Positions 50,563-63,897 of a stretch of DNA of 64,000 nt are shown here, one piece after another; within the stretch, counting starts at the first letter, position 1; every line of letters begins with the position of its first letter. The DNA comes from Perna viridis (Eukaryota). The position numbers and the translations under genes were made by a program. The notes under the pieces are model-generated. The model searched no databases and was not told where the DNA came from. It saw only the letters and a list, made by a program, of their open reading frames with translations. The stretch is taken from contig CM074520.1 in the NCBI GenBank assembly GCA_037379345.1, forward strand, positions 35,622,664 through 35,686,663, in the 5' to 3' direction.

Positions 50563-53500
50563 GTAAGTCTGTCATGTCATCACCTTTTGACGTAACCTTT
50601 CCATAACTGGCCCTCTAGACTATAGTATAACCAACTCTGGCTATGTTCTCATTCCTGAGTGACTTGACATGAAATTAAATAAAGAAGCCCTACATGTACC
50701 ATAGAATAAGACGGGTTGTAACCAGGGACATATAATACAAACTAATATGAGGAAGGTGAAACCTTAAATGCTCCCTTTCATTATTTTTGTTAGTCTTGTT
50801 AATATTAACTTCAAATTTGGACATTTTTGTATAATGTGTTATGGGCATGGTATATGGTTTGTATTATCCTTATGCATTCTCCTATGGACATGGTCTAAAA
50901 TATGTATGGGCCAAAATCTCCAGCTTTTTTAAGGAACTGTGAGTTGCCTTGGTCTGAAATGTTTTTGGATTGAATTGTTCAGTATTGATTATGTTTTTTT
51001 TGGAAATATTCTGGTGCCATGTTTAGACCATCCCTATCTTAGAAAAAGCTCAGAATCGATTTGTATTGAATCGTCGAAGCTAGTTTATGTTTTTTAGAGT
51101 GGTGTGGTCATGCGGTGCCGTTTAGACCATCCCTCTCTTAGAAAAAGCTCAGATTGTATTGAATCAACGAGGCTAGTTTATGTTTCCTAGACTGTTGTGG
51201 TCCTGAATCGCATTTACCAAGTATATGAAAGTGAAGCTGCCATTAAACTGTCATAAAGCTCTCGATTTTACATGCATAAACCAGATAATGATGCTTTATC
51301 TGCCCATAAGTATGCAGGATCTAGTTGATAATAGGACCATTTGTAATGGTTGAGTGCTGTCAAAGCACTTGAATAACCATGATTCACAATTTTCTGAGGA
51401 AAACATTATTTTTGTATATTGTTCAGTGCAAAATCTTGAGAACAAATTTAGTCTGGGAAAACATATGCTAGCTTCAGTAATTGAACACAAATCGAAACAG
51501 TTTTTTTCCAATATAGATATTTCCAAAAGGTCAAAAGAGTGTTTACAGAAATGATGTTATCAGTCTTACTCATATTTCCTTATGATAATGGACATTAAAG
51601 TCCAATATTGGATCGGATAGCTGAAACAGGTTGGGAATAAGACTTGAAATTAGTGCTAACCCCTGGTTTTGGTACTACCCCTCATATGGTGTCAATTTTT
51701 TATCCATTATACAATCAGGAAGTTTGGATATTGTCTTATTTTACATTGTACATTTGTATTTTATTAAAGTGGGAATATTGAATGTATTTTAAAGAATATT
51801 TTCTGAAGATTTAAAATTTATTCATGTTAACTCTGACATACAGTATTATATATGTAACATCAGCATATTAGATACTATAATAACATATTGGAAATCATGA
51901 AAGAAAAGAAAATGGTGATTAAATAAATAGATAAATGATATCAGTACATTTAAATATTTGTATACATAGCAGATATCAGAGCATAATAGCAACTTCCTGA
52001 ATAAAAATTGCAAGTCTTTTATAAACCTCCACATCGCAAATTGACAAGAGACCTTGCATTTTAGACAAACTTGGATTTATTATAAAATAATTTGGTATAA
52101 GCTTATTTCGATAAATTATGATGACTTCATGCTGACAAACAAATAGCAAATAAAATTTTGCTAAAACTCTAAATTTGGTTAACCATATCCTATTATTACT
52201 ATTTAATTGGACTAAGTATTTTTTCCATACCAAATTCCCTTTCCATAAAATTGTCCCCTAGAGGAATCAGAGATATAGCTTTCCAATTTGAAATACACTG
52301 ATCTGATAAAACTTGTTTCAAATACACTTTCTTATAGATCATATCTGTTTGGTTCAAAAATATGTACCCAAGATTAATATTGTTTAATAAAGATTTGATA
52401 CTGTTGAGCCATTTAAACTTGAATCGATCACTTTACATAAAATACTTAATTTTGTATCATCATTTAAGAGTCTATTCCAATATAACACCATTCTCATTTT
52501 CACTCAAATTTTGAGAGGAAATCTACCAAGCTCCCCATAAACAGCAAAATTAGGTATGGTATTCCTTGCATTTAATATTTGAATTAGGTGTGGTATTTCT
52601 TTGCACTCTGTATTTGCTTACAAAATTTCAAATGAACTTGTTCAATTGATTTTAAATTTTCATTTCCCTATACTTTACATCCATATAATAAAATAATTCT
52701 ATCATTAAATCATAAAGCTTAAGCTGTATGTCTATCAGGATTTCTTCATTTCTTATACATTTATAATTGAAATGCTACAATTTTTGTGCCTTATTTTTTA
52801 TCTTTTTCTGTGTATCAACAAATGAACCATTGTACTCGAAAATAACACCCAAGTATGAAAATGAATCAACATTGTCCAAGGTTTTACCTTGTATCATGAA
52901 AACAAAGTTGTCATTACATTTTCTCTTACTAAATATCATGACCTTTGTTTTTTTCTACATTGACTGTTAACCATCATTGCTCACAATATGACTGAAAAGT
53001 ATCCAAAGACTCGCATATTATCTTTGGACTCTGATATAATTACAGTGTTGTCAGCATATAACAAAACAAATAACTCAAAATAAATATGATTTTCATCATG
53101 AAATTTGCTTTGGATCGTCACTAAGCATTTCCCATCTAAAATTATTGAAAAAGTTCTCCAAATCATTCAAAAATATTGTAAAAAGAAAAGGTGGCAGATT
53201 TTCACCTTGTCTCACACCTGTTAAACGTGGTAAAAATTTACATGCACAACCATTACATCTTTCACATGATTTTATATCTTGGTACAAATTATAGATAACT
53301 TTGAAGCATTTTTTCCCAGACAAGTTCTTGATACAGTATCAAAAGCCTTCTGGAAATCAATAAAAGTACAAAAAAGTTTTTACCAAAGAAAAATATAATA
53401 CAACTAACTAATGTAATACAAAAATATTATTAACTGTAGAATACCCCTTTCGAAAGCCTGTTTGAAATTCTAATTAGTTTGAACGTTTATTGATAATGGA

Positions 53501-56500
53501 TTTTCATAGCTTTCGAAGACAGCTAATCAAAGTGATAGGTCTGACATTATTTGGATCTGTCTTTGAGCCTTTGTCTTTATACACCAGCATGATTATTACT
53601 GTTTTCATGATTCTGGCACAACAATGTATAGACAAAATCTGAGGATTCTTAAAAAATTCATTAATTACATTGTCAATTCTTGCTGACATTCAGTTTTTAT
53701 AAATTCTAGAAAAAAGGATGTATTTTATTTTGATATCTAAATAGTTGTGGGCCTTGAAATATTAAATGTACATTTTACTTGGGTCACTTCAAAAATAATG
53801 GAAATAAAAATATGCATCCTTTGCAAAAGTTACTTGTACATGTTATAATTACACAAGTATTCCCACTTTTTAACAATATTTCATATTAAGAAAACTTAAT
53901 ATCTTGATGAAAAAAATAAAACCCACCACATGAGGGTAGTACCTCTAACAGGGGTTAACCTTAATTTGAGGACTTGTTCTGAAACCTGCTAAAAGGTGGT
54001 AAAAATTGTTTCTTTAGGAGGGATTTAGATTTCAACTGCCTCATATTAAAAATTGAAAATAATATAGATTATTTAATTTTACTATCCAATGTTGGACATC
54101 TTATGCTAACAGAATTTCCATTAAAACAAGCAGACAAACACTATGATGAGGTCACAGGCTCTTGTGCAGTGAGATATATGGTGGGCATTGTCAATCCTGC
54201 AAATTCACAAGGACATACCCTCAATACCCGCTCACTCTTTGGGCTAATTTTCAAATCAATTATACAATTTCAGAGGCCTGTGTGAAAACCTATAAGTAGC
54301 CTTGACTCATGTTTAGATAAAAAAAAACAGTTGGAACTCACAGCTTTAAAAGCATTTTAAATAATGATGAGACCACATTGTTACGATAGTTCTTCATTCT
54401 TCACAACAAAATTAAGCTGAAAAATAAACATGATAACTACTCTTTCAACATCTGCCTCAGCTTGATTACAGTGTACTTCAACATAGTTGGTATAAAATCT
54501 AGTAGTGAAGGACAGGTGGAAAGAGTAGGTAAATAGTACTAGTGATCATCCGATGGAGCTGGAGTTGGATACATGTTGCAATTTTTTTTTTCATCACAGA
54601 CTTTTCTTTGTAAATCTACTTTGATTATCATTCAGTTTCTAGTAATTTCCATATACATATATATAGTTTTCTTTTACAGATACAGTACCAAGCATAGCAG
54701 AGAAAGGTAATTCATTATCACTGATTTTTATTGTTTTATCTTTAAATTTAGTCTTTTTTTTTTAGCAAAGTCTATTGTATACATGATTAACACTAACTTA
54801 ATACTGAAGTGCATTTACATTAAGTTTACACATATTTCTTTGAAGCATCAGGATAGTGAGGCACTTGTTCATTCCCAACTACATGTACATGATATTTAGT
54901 GAAAAGCAGTCCTGATTAAATTTGTGAAAAAAAATACTTCAAATGAAAAATCAAGTATCGTTGATTTTGTGGATCCTGTGTAATACTTACAAGTATGTTA
55001 TTGGAGTCCAGAAAAAAAAACCACATTGTTTCTTGATTTACAATGCTGTAACTTAATAGTTTGACCTGCAAGCCATGACAACATGTTATTTTTTCAGTGA
55101 TATATCTCCTGCTGTATCATCCAATACTGTTGATGTTTTTATGGTCCTATGCTAAGACTATCTTTACCAAGGTTGGATCCGTACCTAGATCTGTAAGTAT
55201 CAAGAGCTTTCTTTCAGCATTGCTAATTTCAGGCTGATTATCTAAATAGTGTCTAGCTGATATATATGTGCTTTGTATTACTACAACAAAGAATAGAACG
55301 AACACAGATGAAGTCATTGATTAATAAATAATAATTCAGTAAGATTGAAAAAGTTTGAAATAAAAGCTTGTGAAAAAAAAGATTTATTTTTTGTTTGAAT
55401 GTAATGTTTATATCATACATAAGTCCAAAAGTACATCAATTTTTTTAAAATCGGCGATGAATGGCTCATAAAATGAATATACAGTTCCCTAAGAAGGTAA
55501 CAATATTTTGCACAAAATGAAGAGTTATCTGCCTTTTTCAATTACTTTCAATGCTTTCTAAATAATTCATTTCTCTTTATCTATTGCAGTTTATCAGAAA
55601 CAAATATTCAGCTTCGAGAAAGGATGCATTGTGATCTGAAATAGATGAAAATTTTTTGAAAACAAAATTTGTTATGGGTCACCCACTGCCTGTATTTTAT
55701 GTGGACGCCCTTTTTAATATGCAAATATAGTCACTATTGTATAATTTCTTCATATTTCAGTTTTATCTGAATCCACAAGAAATAAACAGATTAGAAAGAG
55801 AAAGAAATGAAGAAGCACAGAAACATATATTATTAGAAATAGCCAAAGATAAACCTGTACTTAATAGAACACATGCTGGCAGTAAGTGGTATTCTTCAAC
55901 ACAAAAAATAATCTGCTTTTTATCTTCAGTGCACATGTATTGATAACATGGACCTAAAGTATTCTATGTTATCATAGCAAAAGTACATGTTTAAACGCTA
56001 AACTTGTTTAGTGTGTATTAGCTGATAAATCCTGGTTATGTTATTTCATGTAGACAACGTCATTGCTTTTTGTAAGTTACACACAGAATGACAGCAGTTT
56101 GACGTTGAGACAGAAAATATAACGGTTAGCCTGACAGACTGACAGATCAAATTGCGCTGTTTTGTTATAACACTTAGCATGACAGGTCGAAATGTCTTGT
56201 TCTGTTATAATGATTAGTCTGACAGGTTGGGTTCATATAATGGTTAATCTGATAGGTCAAATTGTGATGTTCTGTTATAAAGGTTAGCCTGACAGCTCAA
56301 AATGTGATGTTTTGTTATAATGGTTTGCCTGACAGGTCAGAATGTGATGTTCTGTTATAATGGTTAGCCTGACAGCTCAAAATGTGATGTTCTGTTATAA
56401 TGGTTTGCCTGAACTCAAAATGTGATGGTCTGTTATAATGGTTTGCGTGAATTGAAAATGTGATGTTCTGATATAACAGTTAGCCTGGCAGGTTAGAATG

Positions 56501-59500
56501 TGATGTTCTGTTATAACAGTTAGCCTGGCAGGTCTGAATGTGATGTTCTGTTGAGACATTCAATAATTAAAATTTGCATTATTGAATTTTTCACAGAAGA
56601 TAATGTTGGGTTCCACTCACAATTGCTAAACATATAAATGTTTTTTTGACGAAAGCAACAAATTTGCAGTAATTAATACATGTAATAATTTCTGAATTGA
56701 TATCAACTGTGCTTCTTGAAATAGCTTACAATTTTTATGATTTAGAACTGTAATAAATCACACCTTTTAATGTCTGATTACAGGTCCCAGATACTGTGAA
56801 AAATGTAAATGTATAAAACCAGACAGAGCTCATCATTGCTCTGTATGTGGACAGTGAGTATTTATTGTAGAAGTTGATATTCTGAAACTTCAGACATTGA
56901 GTCTAATTCTTCTGATTTTTTTTGTTAATTAGCAATCAAATTTACATTTGCTTATGGGAATTATTTTCAATGTGATTTGGACTACCCACGAAAACCTCAA
57001 AAATTGGTACTTTCACAGTAGGATCCAGGAATGTACATTTGTAGGTCAGGTGAAATGAACCTCCAACTTTTTTCTATGAATTTTAAAGTAGTTTCAATTT
57101 TGCCTGTTAGTAGTTATGATATTTACTTTGGTTGATTACCTTTTTTCTTTGAGAAATAAATCTTATTTGATATAATATATTGTTGTCTGTTGCAGATGTG
57201 TTTTGAAAATGGACCATCATTGTCCTTGGTGAGTTAAGATACTTTGATTTTTCTTTTAAACTGTACTACCGCAAAGTTAGTTTATATTAAAACAAAACCT
57301 TTTACTCACTATATTTTAGGACTAATGCTTAAAAATTCTGGTGATGCTTAATTTGTAGTTGCTTGTAATAAGACAGACAAAAATGCGTGGCAATTGATAC
57401 AGCTTAATCAAAATATGTTAAAAAGAGGCCAATTCATGTTTGAACTTAATATGATTTCATGCTGTTGTCATTTATGTTAGAAAGGAGAGTTTTAAGCCTT
57501 TGAAATAGAAATTGGTATAAAATGACCACAAGAAAATCATATTTACAATATAAAACATGCACAAAAGAAGTAACCTTAATGCATTCTTTCATAAGAAAAA
57601 GGCAGATTCAAAAACTGAAACTGTGGGCTGTTCCATCTGTTAGCTAGCACATTATAAAATACTCAGTGTCAGACTAGTATAAAGCAGGGTATTGTTTCGT
57701 TGATCAGTCATACTCGTCCCAAAATGTACAGAATATCTGCCATATGAGATAAAATCATAATTAGTCAATATACTGAGACAACAATCTTTTTACCTACTTG
57801 GCAATACAATGAAACTTTAACTGACCACATTATTGGACATAGAGATTTGTTTAATGATGCAGGTGATAGGCTACATATGTATATTGGTTCAAATACATGT
57901 TGTATTGAAAATGATATGATGTGACTTAAGATGTCTAGGTTACACAGATTTCATTGTACCATTTTATATGTACATTGTATTAGAAATATGTAGCAGTATT
58001 ATTTGAAAACATTTGTTTTTCTTTTACAGGGTGAATAACTGCGTGGGATTCACAAACTATAAATTTTTTGTGTTATTTCTTGGATATGGACTTCTTTATT
58101 GTTTATTTATAGCTTGTACTAGCTTGAAATATTTTGTAGAATTTTGGACAGTAAGTAATTGTTTTATAAACTTAATATGAGGCAGGTGTAACCTGATAGA
58201 GGACAAGTTAATATGTAAATGTATTCAAAATCTTCTTGTTACTTCTTGACTCTACTTGACACTTCTTGTCGCTTATTAGTTAGACTGATGTTACTTTGTG
58301 TTCGTACTTGGGACTTTCTGGCTTAGTCCAGAAAGGCCTTTTAAGGCATGTCTTGAGGGAAAAAAACATCTGAATTTAAAAAATTATGGAAGACCATATA
58401 ACAAATGTTTTTTAGTGAAGGACATATGAATATACCAAACTTTGTATTGGGAAACTCCAAAAGAGATGACTTCCTGTCAGACTAAAATCAGGCTGTCTGT
58501 GCTTCCAAGCTATAACTTAATTTTGCATTAAATACTGCTACAAGGACTTTGTCCTTTTAAAATTGATTTTATTTATTGTATGAAATAGGGAACATAATAT
58601 TTCATATGACTGCAAAATATTTGTGGTTGTATAATGATTTTATTCTATTATGAATTGTCTGCAGTGTCAGTGTCCTCATAGTCCGTCTGAAGGCAATAAT
58701 TTTTGTGTATAGATCTTAAGAAGTTGTTTTACAAATGTTAGGCCTGGCTTGGTTTTTGGGGTAGTGATTGGAACCATTGAGGAAATTAGGGGTTAAAAAA
58801 TGGCCAGATGTTAGGAAAATCAATATATTGAATTAATTGTATAAATATCTTTGAAACTGTACCATCAAGTACCATACCACAGATGGAAGGCTGGGATTGA
58901 TTTTGGGGGTAGTGACTTGATTCATTTTGGAATGAGTCTCCAGAAACAAGCATTTTCTTGATTTCTGGACAATATTAATTAGCAGTTCAATACAAAAAAA
59001 AAGAAATGAGCAAATATCTATACATGATAATACTAAAATTATTCATCACTAGGTTTAATTCAATCTGATTAAATATACTGCTTTCGAATGCAATAGTTTT
59101 ATCAATACATGTAATATTTTCTAAATTGATATCATCTGTGCTTCTCAAAAGAGCTTAGTATTAGTATGAATTAGAGCTACATATATTCAAACAGCAGTTA
59201 TTAATCCTAATCATCGCAGAAAAAGAAGTTAGTAGGTAAAAGTTTCTGTTATTTACAGCCATTATTCTTTTCTTTCCAGGGTCATGGTAACAAAGATGTT
59301 GGTAAATTCCATGTTCTGTTTGTATTTTTTGTTGCTATGATGTTTGGTATAAGTTTGATATCATTATTTGGATATCATATATACCTTACATGCAGTAATA
59401 GATCTACTCTAGGTAAGTTAGATAGAATACAGTGCTCTGAAAGGGCAAATGTTATCTATACATGAATTCACACTTCTCATTCACAGAATTTTTTCTTAAC

Positions 59501-62488
59501 AACCTTTTGACATCAGAGAAGCTCAGTAATTTTAAATTGTGACATCATTAATTTTTCAGTTGAAGAAGAATTCAGTATAAAAACAATGGGAAAATACATT
59601 ATTATCTTCATTTCAGTCCACAAGTGTTGATATGTCTATCATTCAGATCTTCAATGGTATCCACAAGTGTTGATATGTCTATCATTCATATCTTCAACTG
59701 TGTCCACAAGTGTTGATATGTCTATCATTTAGATCTTTAATGGTGTCCACAAGTGTTGATATCTCTATCATTCATATCTTCAACTGTCCACAAGTGTTGA
59801 TATGTCTATCATTTAGATCTTTAATGGTGTCCACAAGTGTTGATATGTCTATCATTCAGATCTTCAAAGGTATCCAAAATAATAAAAGTTATTTAACATT
59901 TTTAAAGCTTCATTCTGATGGAAATGCTCACACAAATAGTAATGAATTTGCAATTAAAAAAAAGCTGTGAGGAAATGTTAAAATGTACTATCAACTGACT
60001 TCATCAGTTATCCAGTTAATTTTTTTTCTCTGAAATATAAATGTTAGGGTAATGAATTTTCCTTTTTAACTACACTCTAAGGTATTTTTAGTGATTATTT
60101 TTTTTTGTAGGTACAGATATCTATTTAAAGCCCATTTATGTTTTTTTCGTGATATAGCGGTTACTGCCTGTCCACATTTCAAACAATAATTTAAAACAGT
60201 TTTAATAGATTTAATGTTAACATTGTATTTTCTCATGGAGTGAAGCTCCCATAAGTTTCTCATTGTTCCCCAATTTTCAGTCTTAGTTTTGAGACTTTCA
60301 ATACCAAAGAGTGTAGACTGACATGTCATATACATTTTTTGTACATTGTAGCACAGCTATTTATTTGTTCCATTACTGACTTCCTCAGTATTACTTCTTT
60401 TCAACTTAAATAATTTTGGCTTATTTTTTTTTGTAGAGTCTTTCAGATCACCTGTATTCCAAACTGGAGCTGATAAAAATGGGTTTAGTTTAGGGAAATT
60501 AAATAACTTTAAAGAAGTCTTTGGGGAAAGAAAAATATTTTGGTTTCTACCAATTTATACAAGGTAAATAAGAGTTTGGTTTCGTAGTTTTAACATGGAG
60601 TTTTTGTTTGGGTTTCTCAGTTTTCTGTTTATAATGTTGTTGCTTTGCTTTGTTTTCTCTAGCAATTCTGCAGATGTATGATCTGTACACTTTCATTAAC
60701 TGTCTTCTAATACATATAATTAACATAGGAGAGATGACTGATTTTCTTCAGGCTTATCTTGCATGTTTGAACTTGTTTCAATTTTGGCAAACAAGAACTG
60801 TTATTTGATCTGTTTTTATACTGTACAATTAATGTCAACAAATAAATCCTGATTTTTATTGTGTAAATATCTTTAATAATATTGAGTATTATATACATAA
60901 ATGGATATATGGCACTGAATAAAGTAACTTAGTTTGGTATTGAAGAATCTAACTACTTGTAATACTTGACAAAAAGCATTATACACCACATTGCTGGTGA
61001 TGTACTGCAAGTTTACATAAGTCTCTGGTTCAGTAGAGTTTCACTAAATATCTACCCATCTATGAAAAATTTCACTGCAGATGTTTGTGTTCTAGAAGAG
61101 ATGGATTGTGAAATACTAATATCTCTGTGAATATGATTCCAACACTCAATTCACAAATGCAAATTTAGAGGTTCACTTATTTTTAGTCTAATTCAAACAA
61201 TCTCTCTATTTATGTCATTAATGTATTAACACATAGCCTACAAAATATAATATTTCCAAAAATTACATGAACAAAGTAACTTGAAAAAAAACAAGACAAG
61301 ATACTAATTTCTTTAAAATCTCCAAAAATCCAAAGAAATATTTCATTGTTGTCTGCAATTAATTTTTAAAATGCATTAGGTAAACAATTAAGCTACTGAA
61401 CTTGTGATCTATGTAATCAACCTAATACTGTGCTTCTACCAGTTTGACACAACACTATGTAATTTTCAGTGACAGAGATGGGGTGTCCTTTCCTACACTT
61501 ACCTCCAATAGTCAGTCAAACAGTAATTCCTACCAAACTATGGGTCAGACAGAAAGGTTAGCTCTGTATGATATCATAGATTAGATTGACAGAAGATGGG
61601 TTTCTCTGTGCTTTAGTATTGCACTTCAAATTTTTTTTCTTCAAGCACTATTAAAATATCAATTTTAGTATATTGACAATTTTTACTCTTATGTATGTGA
61701 AAAATGGAGTGGATTGATGATATGTAAGAAGTTATTCATTTATTATATATCAACAATTTACAAAATGTATGTGGTAAATGTTCTATGTTTGAAAATGTGA
61801 AAAAATGTAAGAAGACAATATTTTAATCTCTGTTGCTTTCAAGGTTTCCCTCCTTGCATGCCCCTGAAGCTAGCAACCTATCTTCTGTTATCTAGTAGAT
61901 TTTAATAGGCTTGTTTGCATGGAATAATATTACTGTAAACTGGGAAATTTTCGTGCCCTCTTTTTTTTAAGTTTATGCTATAAATCTGCTGTTGCACAGT
62001 TTCAAATTTGCTATTGTTCTTCAAATTTTGCTGTAATTATCTTCGAAGAAATTTTTGTGTTATGGATCTTTGCCTGAAAATAGGGAAAATAAAACTGCTG
62101 CGAAAATTTCATGGTCTACAGTAATTAAAGAAATAAGAAAAGATGAGGACAACAAGTACATGAGGACAATTACCTTTGTTTTTTATCTTTTGAAAATTTC
62201 TCTTTACAATTAAAAATGAAGTATTAATGTATAATTCCATGTTTTACTGAGTAGTTAATATAATCTGTAGAAATCGCTTTCAAAGTATACACATATTAAA
62301 GTAGCCCTCACAATGAAACCTCCCTGAATGGAAAGGACACCCAGTGATTACTGTATGTTTGTAAAACAATGCTGTATATTACAGTTTTGGGGATGGTATT
62401 GCCTATCCAACAAGGACTGTGGATATAGCATCTGATGGTCTGTTAGGTGATAGACAACGATGGATGGAAGAGGGAGATGCTGATGGAG
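50448..62488 (+). CDS. ZDHHC2: DHHC palmitoyltransferase, ZDHHC2/15/20 family (11 coding exons seen; C-terminus probably beyond the window)
   Basis: [76 protein letters not shown]....WFLP. Invertebrate co-ortholog, so the symbol is approximate. Confidence 0.93.
51014..51203. repeat. ~100-bp tandem duplication
   Basis: gtttagaccatccct.tcttagaaaaagctcaga...gctagtttatgttt occurs twice. Confidence 0.85.
51595..54100. mobile_element. Long-inverted-arm (foldback/MITE-like) element enclosing the LINE
   Basis: 51623-51691 and 51764-51780 are imperfect reverse complements of 53922-53990 and 53856-53873. Confidence 0.55.
51845..53700 (-). mobile_element. Decayed non-LTR retrotransposon (LINE; RTE-X/CR1-like) RT fragment
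   Basis: [77 protein letters not shown]; many frameshifts. Confidence 0.88.
54680..54706 (+). CDS. ZDHHC2: ZDHHC exon 2, 27 nt (YTVPSIAEK)
   Basis: ttttacag/gtaatt, phase 1-1. Confidence 0.85.
55098..55192 (+). CDS. ZDHHC2: ZDHHC exon 3 (TM2)
   Basis: ttcag/gtaagt, [12 protein letters not shown]. Confidence 0.92.
55761..55881 (+). CDS. ZDHHC2: ZDHHC exon 4 (FYLNPQE...THAG)
   Basis: ttcag/gtaagt, 121 nt. Confidence 0.92.
56120..56553. repeat. 40-bp degenerate minisatellite, ~10 copies
   Basis: Unit aatgtgatgttctgttataatggttagcctgacaggtcag. Confidence 0.9.
56784..56853 (+). CDS. ZDHHC2: ZDHHC exon 5 ([22 protein letters not shown])
   Basis: tacag/gtgagt, Cys-rich domain. Confidence 0.94.
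57196..57228 (+). CDS. ZDHHC2: ZDHHC exon 6 ([10 protein letters not shown]), catalytic motif
   Basis: tgcag/gtgagt, 33 nt. Confidence 0.94.
58030..58150 (+). CDS. ZDHHC2: ZDHHC exon 7 ([13 protein letters not shown]...EFWT)
   Basis: tacag/gtaagt. Confidence 0.94.
59280..59412 (+). CDS. ZDHHC2: ZDHHC exon 8 ([14 protein letters not shown]...NRSTL)
   Basis: tccag/gtaagt. Confidence 0.93.
59616..59876. repeat. 43-bp minisatellite, 6 copies, alternating variants
   Basis: tccacaagtgttgatatgtctatcatt at 59617, 59660, 59703, 59746, 59787, 59830. Confidence 0.93.
60437..60563 (+). CDS. ZDHHC2: ZDHHC exon 9 (ESFRSPVF...GFSLG...WFLPIYT)
   Basis: tgtag/gtaaat. Confidence 0.93.
61470..61556 (+). CDS. 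ZDHHC2: ZDHHC exon 10 ([11 protein letters not shown]...GQTE)
   Basis: ttcag/gttagc, phase 2-2, 87 nt. Confidence 0.85.
61931..62123. mobile_element. TA-CTGTA-type MITE
   Basis: TIR tactgtaaactgggaaattttcg / cgaaaatttcatggtctacagta. Confidence 0.65.
62385..62488 (+). CDS. ZDHHC2: ZDHHC exon 11 ([11 protein letters not shown]...EGDADG)
   Basis: tacag/gtatgt. Confidence 0.87.
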
Positions 62489-63897
62489 GTATGTTAATAT
62501 ACAGCTATTTATATGTACTGAACAAAAATCCTTCTGGACTTAGTAATATTAAGACTACCTTTACTGTTTGTGTTTTCTGAATATTGAACTAACAAAAAAA
62601 GTGGTTGTATAATGGTATGATATTGGCTTCAACATTTTGTTTTTGATCCTTCATGATCATGATGATCAAAATACCTTATGTCACCGGTCAATAACTGGAA
62701 CTTTCCTGCTATTTCTGAACACTACACAAAAATATAGTCCAAATGTTATTCCTTTTATATCATTTAATACCTCTTTTATGACCAGTAATTATGTTTCTTC
62801 CAATTAATCAGCTCAATGATATTCTGTTATTTCTGCAAATAAAATTAAAATCTAGTCTTTATGTCAACTGAACATTTGAGGGACTCCATTTTAGCGTTGA
62901 AAGATATTAAGTGATAAATTTGCATTTAGGGAATTTATTTCTTGCAGTAATGTGTCTGGAAGCTTAAAATGTGTTAAGTATTTTCATTTTAACACACTTG
63001 TAAGTCAAATTCTCCAACCTATCATTAATATTTTACTATTTATAAACATGAAGTGAAGAGCAGTAGTTTTAACCAAGTAAAATTGGCGGGAAAATTGAGA
63101 TTGAAAAAAGTGTCCAGTTATTGAAAATCTTGTGTTAAGGAAATTATTTTTTCTTAAGTTGATATTGGTTTTATTTAAGTATAATTATAATGTAGGATAA
63201 ATACTTTGTTAATATAGCTTTTGAATAACTTTTGGATAGATTTAAAATTAGGGAAAAATGTGAAATGGAACACAAATTTGTAAATATGTGTGAATGGGGA
63301 TCAGTAGTAAAGATTGACTTTCAGTTTATACATATTAAAAAAGGACAGTTCCTATTAGTATTTAAACTACAATGTATAATCACAATTCTTTTAACATCAT
63401 ATCATCATTTTGTTAATGCCATAATTTTCACAAGAGTCAAAAACCACTAGCATTATCAGCACTTGGATTTTCCTTTTGGTTTCTGGACAGTTACTTAAGA
63501 ATAAGGGTATAGATAGCTATGAAATGGTATCACAAGGTGTCATACCACAAAGAGAAGGGTGGGATTAATTTTAGGGATGTGACTTAAATCATTTTTGAAT
63601 TACGGTCCTAAAAAGTCCACTTTAATTCTGGTCGAAATGTTATCCTGTGTCATATTTTTCATCGCTGTCTAAATTCAGAGCTGTATCAAGCTTGAGAGGT
63701 ACAGCATTTTACTTCTGTGGTCATATCAAGCTGCACCTGGCAAAGCATTTTATATTATGGTTGTTACAGCAATGATTAGGGGCAGATAAAAAATTTTAGG
63801 TTTAGGGGATGTGACACATTATACACAAATCAAAGAAACAGACTTAATTGTGAATAATTACTCACAGAGATAATTTATATTTATACAAAATTGTTGC

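Larger units (their letters stand above)
50170..50600. promoter_or_regulatory. Bidirectional promoter region shared by VWA3B and ZDHHC
   Basis: Local CpG enrichment around divergent ATGs. CRE-like TTACGTCA 50239, TGACGTGA 50401, TGACGTAA 50588. X-box-like GTTGCTTGGCAT 50209. Confidence 0.7.

Noticed and set aside
59710-59970. ORFs with repeated peptides (also 24021-24203, 24675-24902)
   Set aside because: These are translations of minisatellites.
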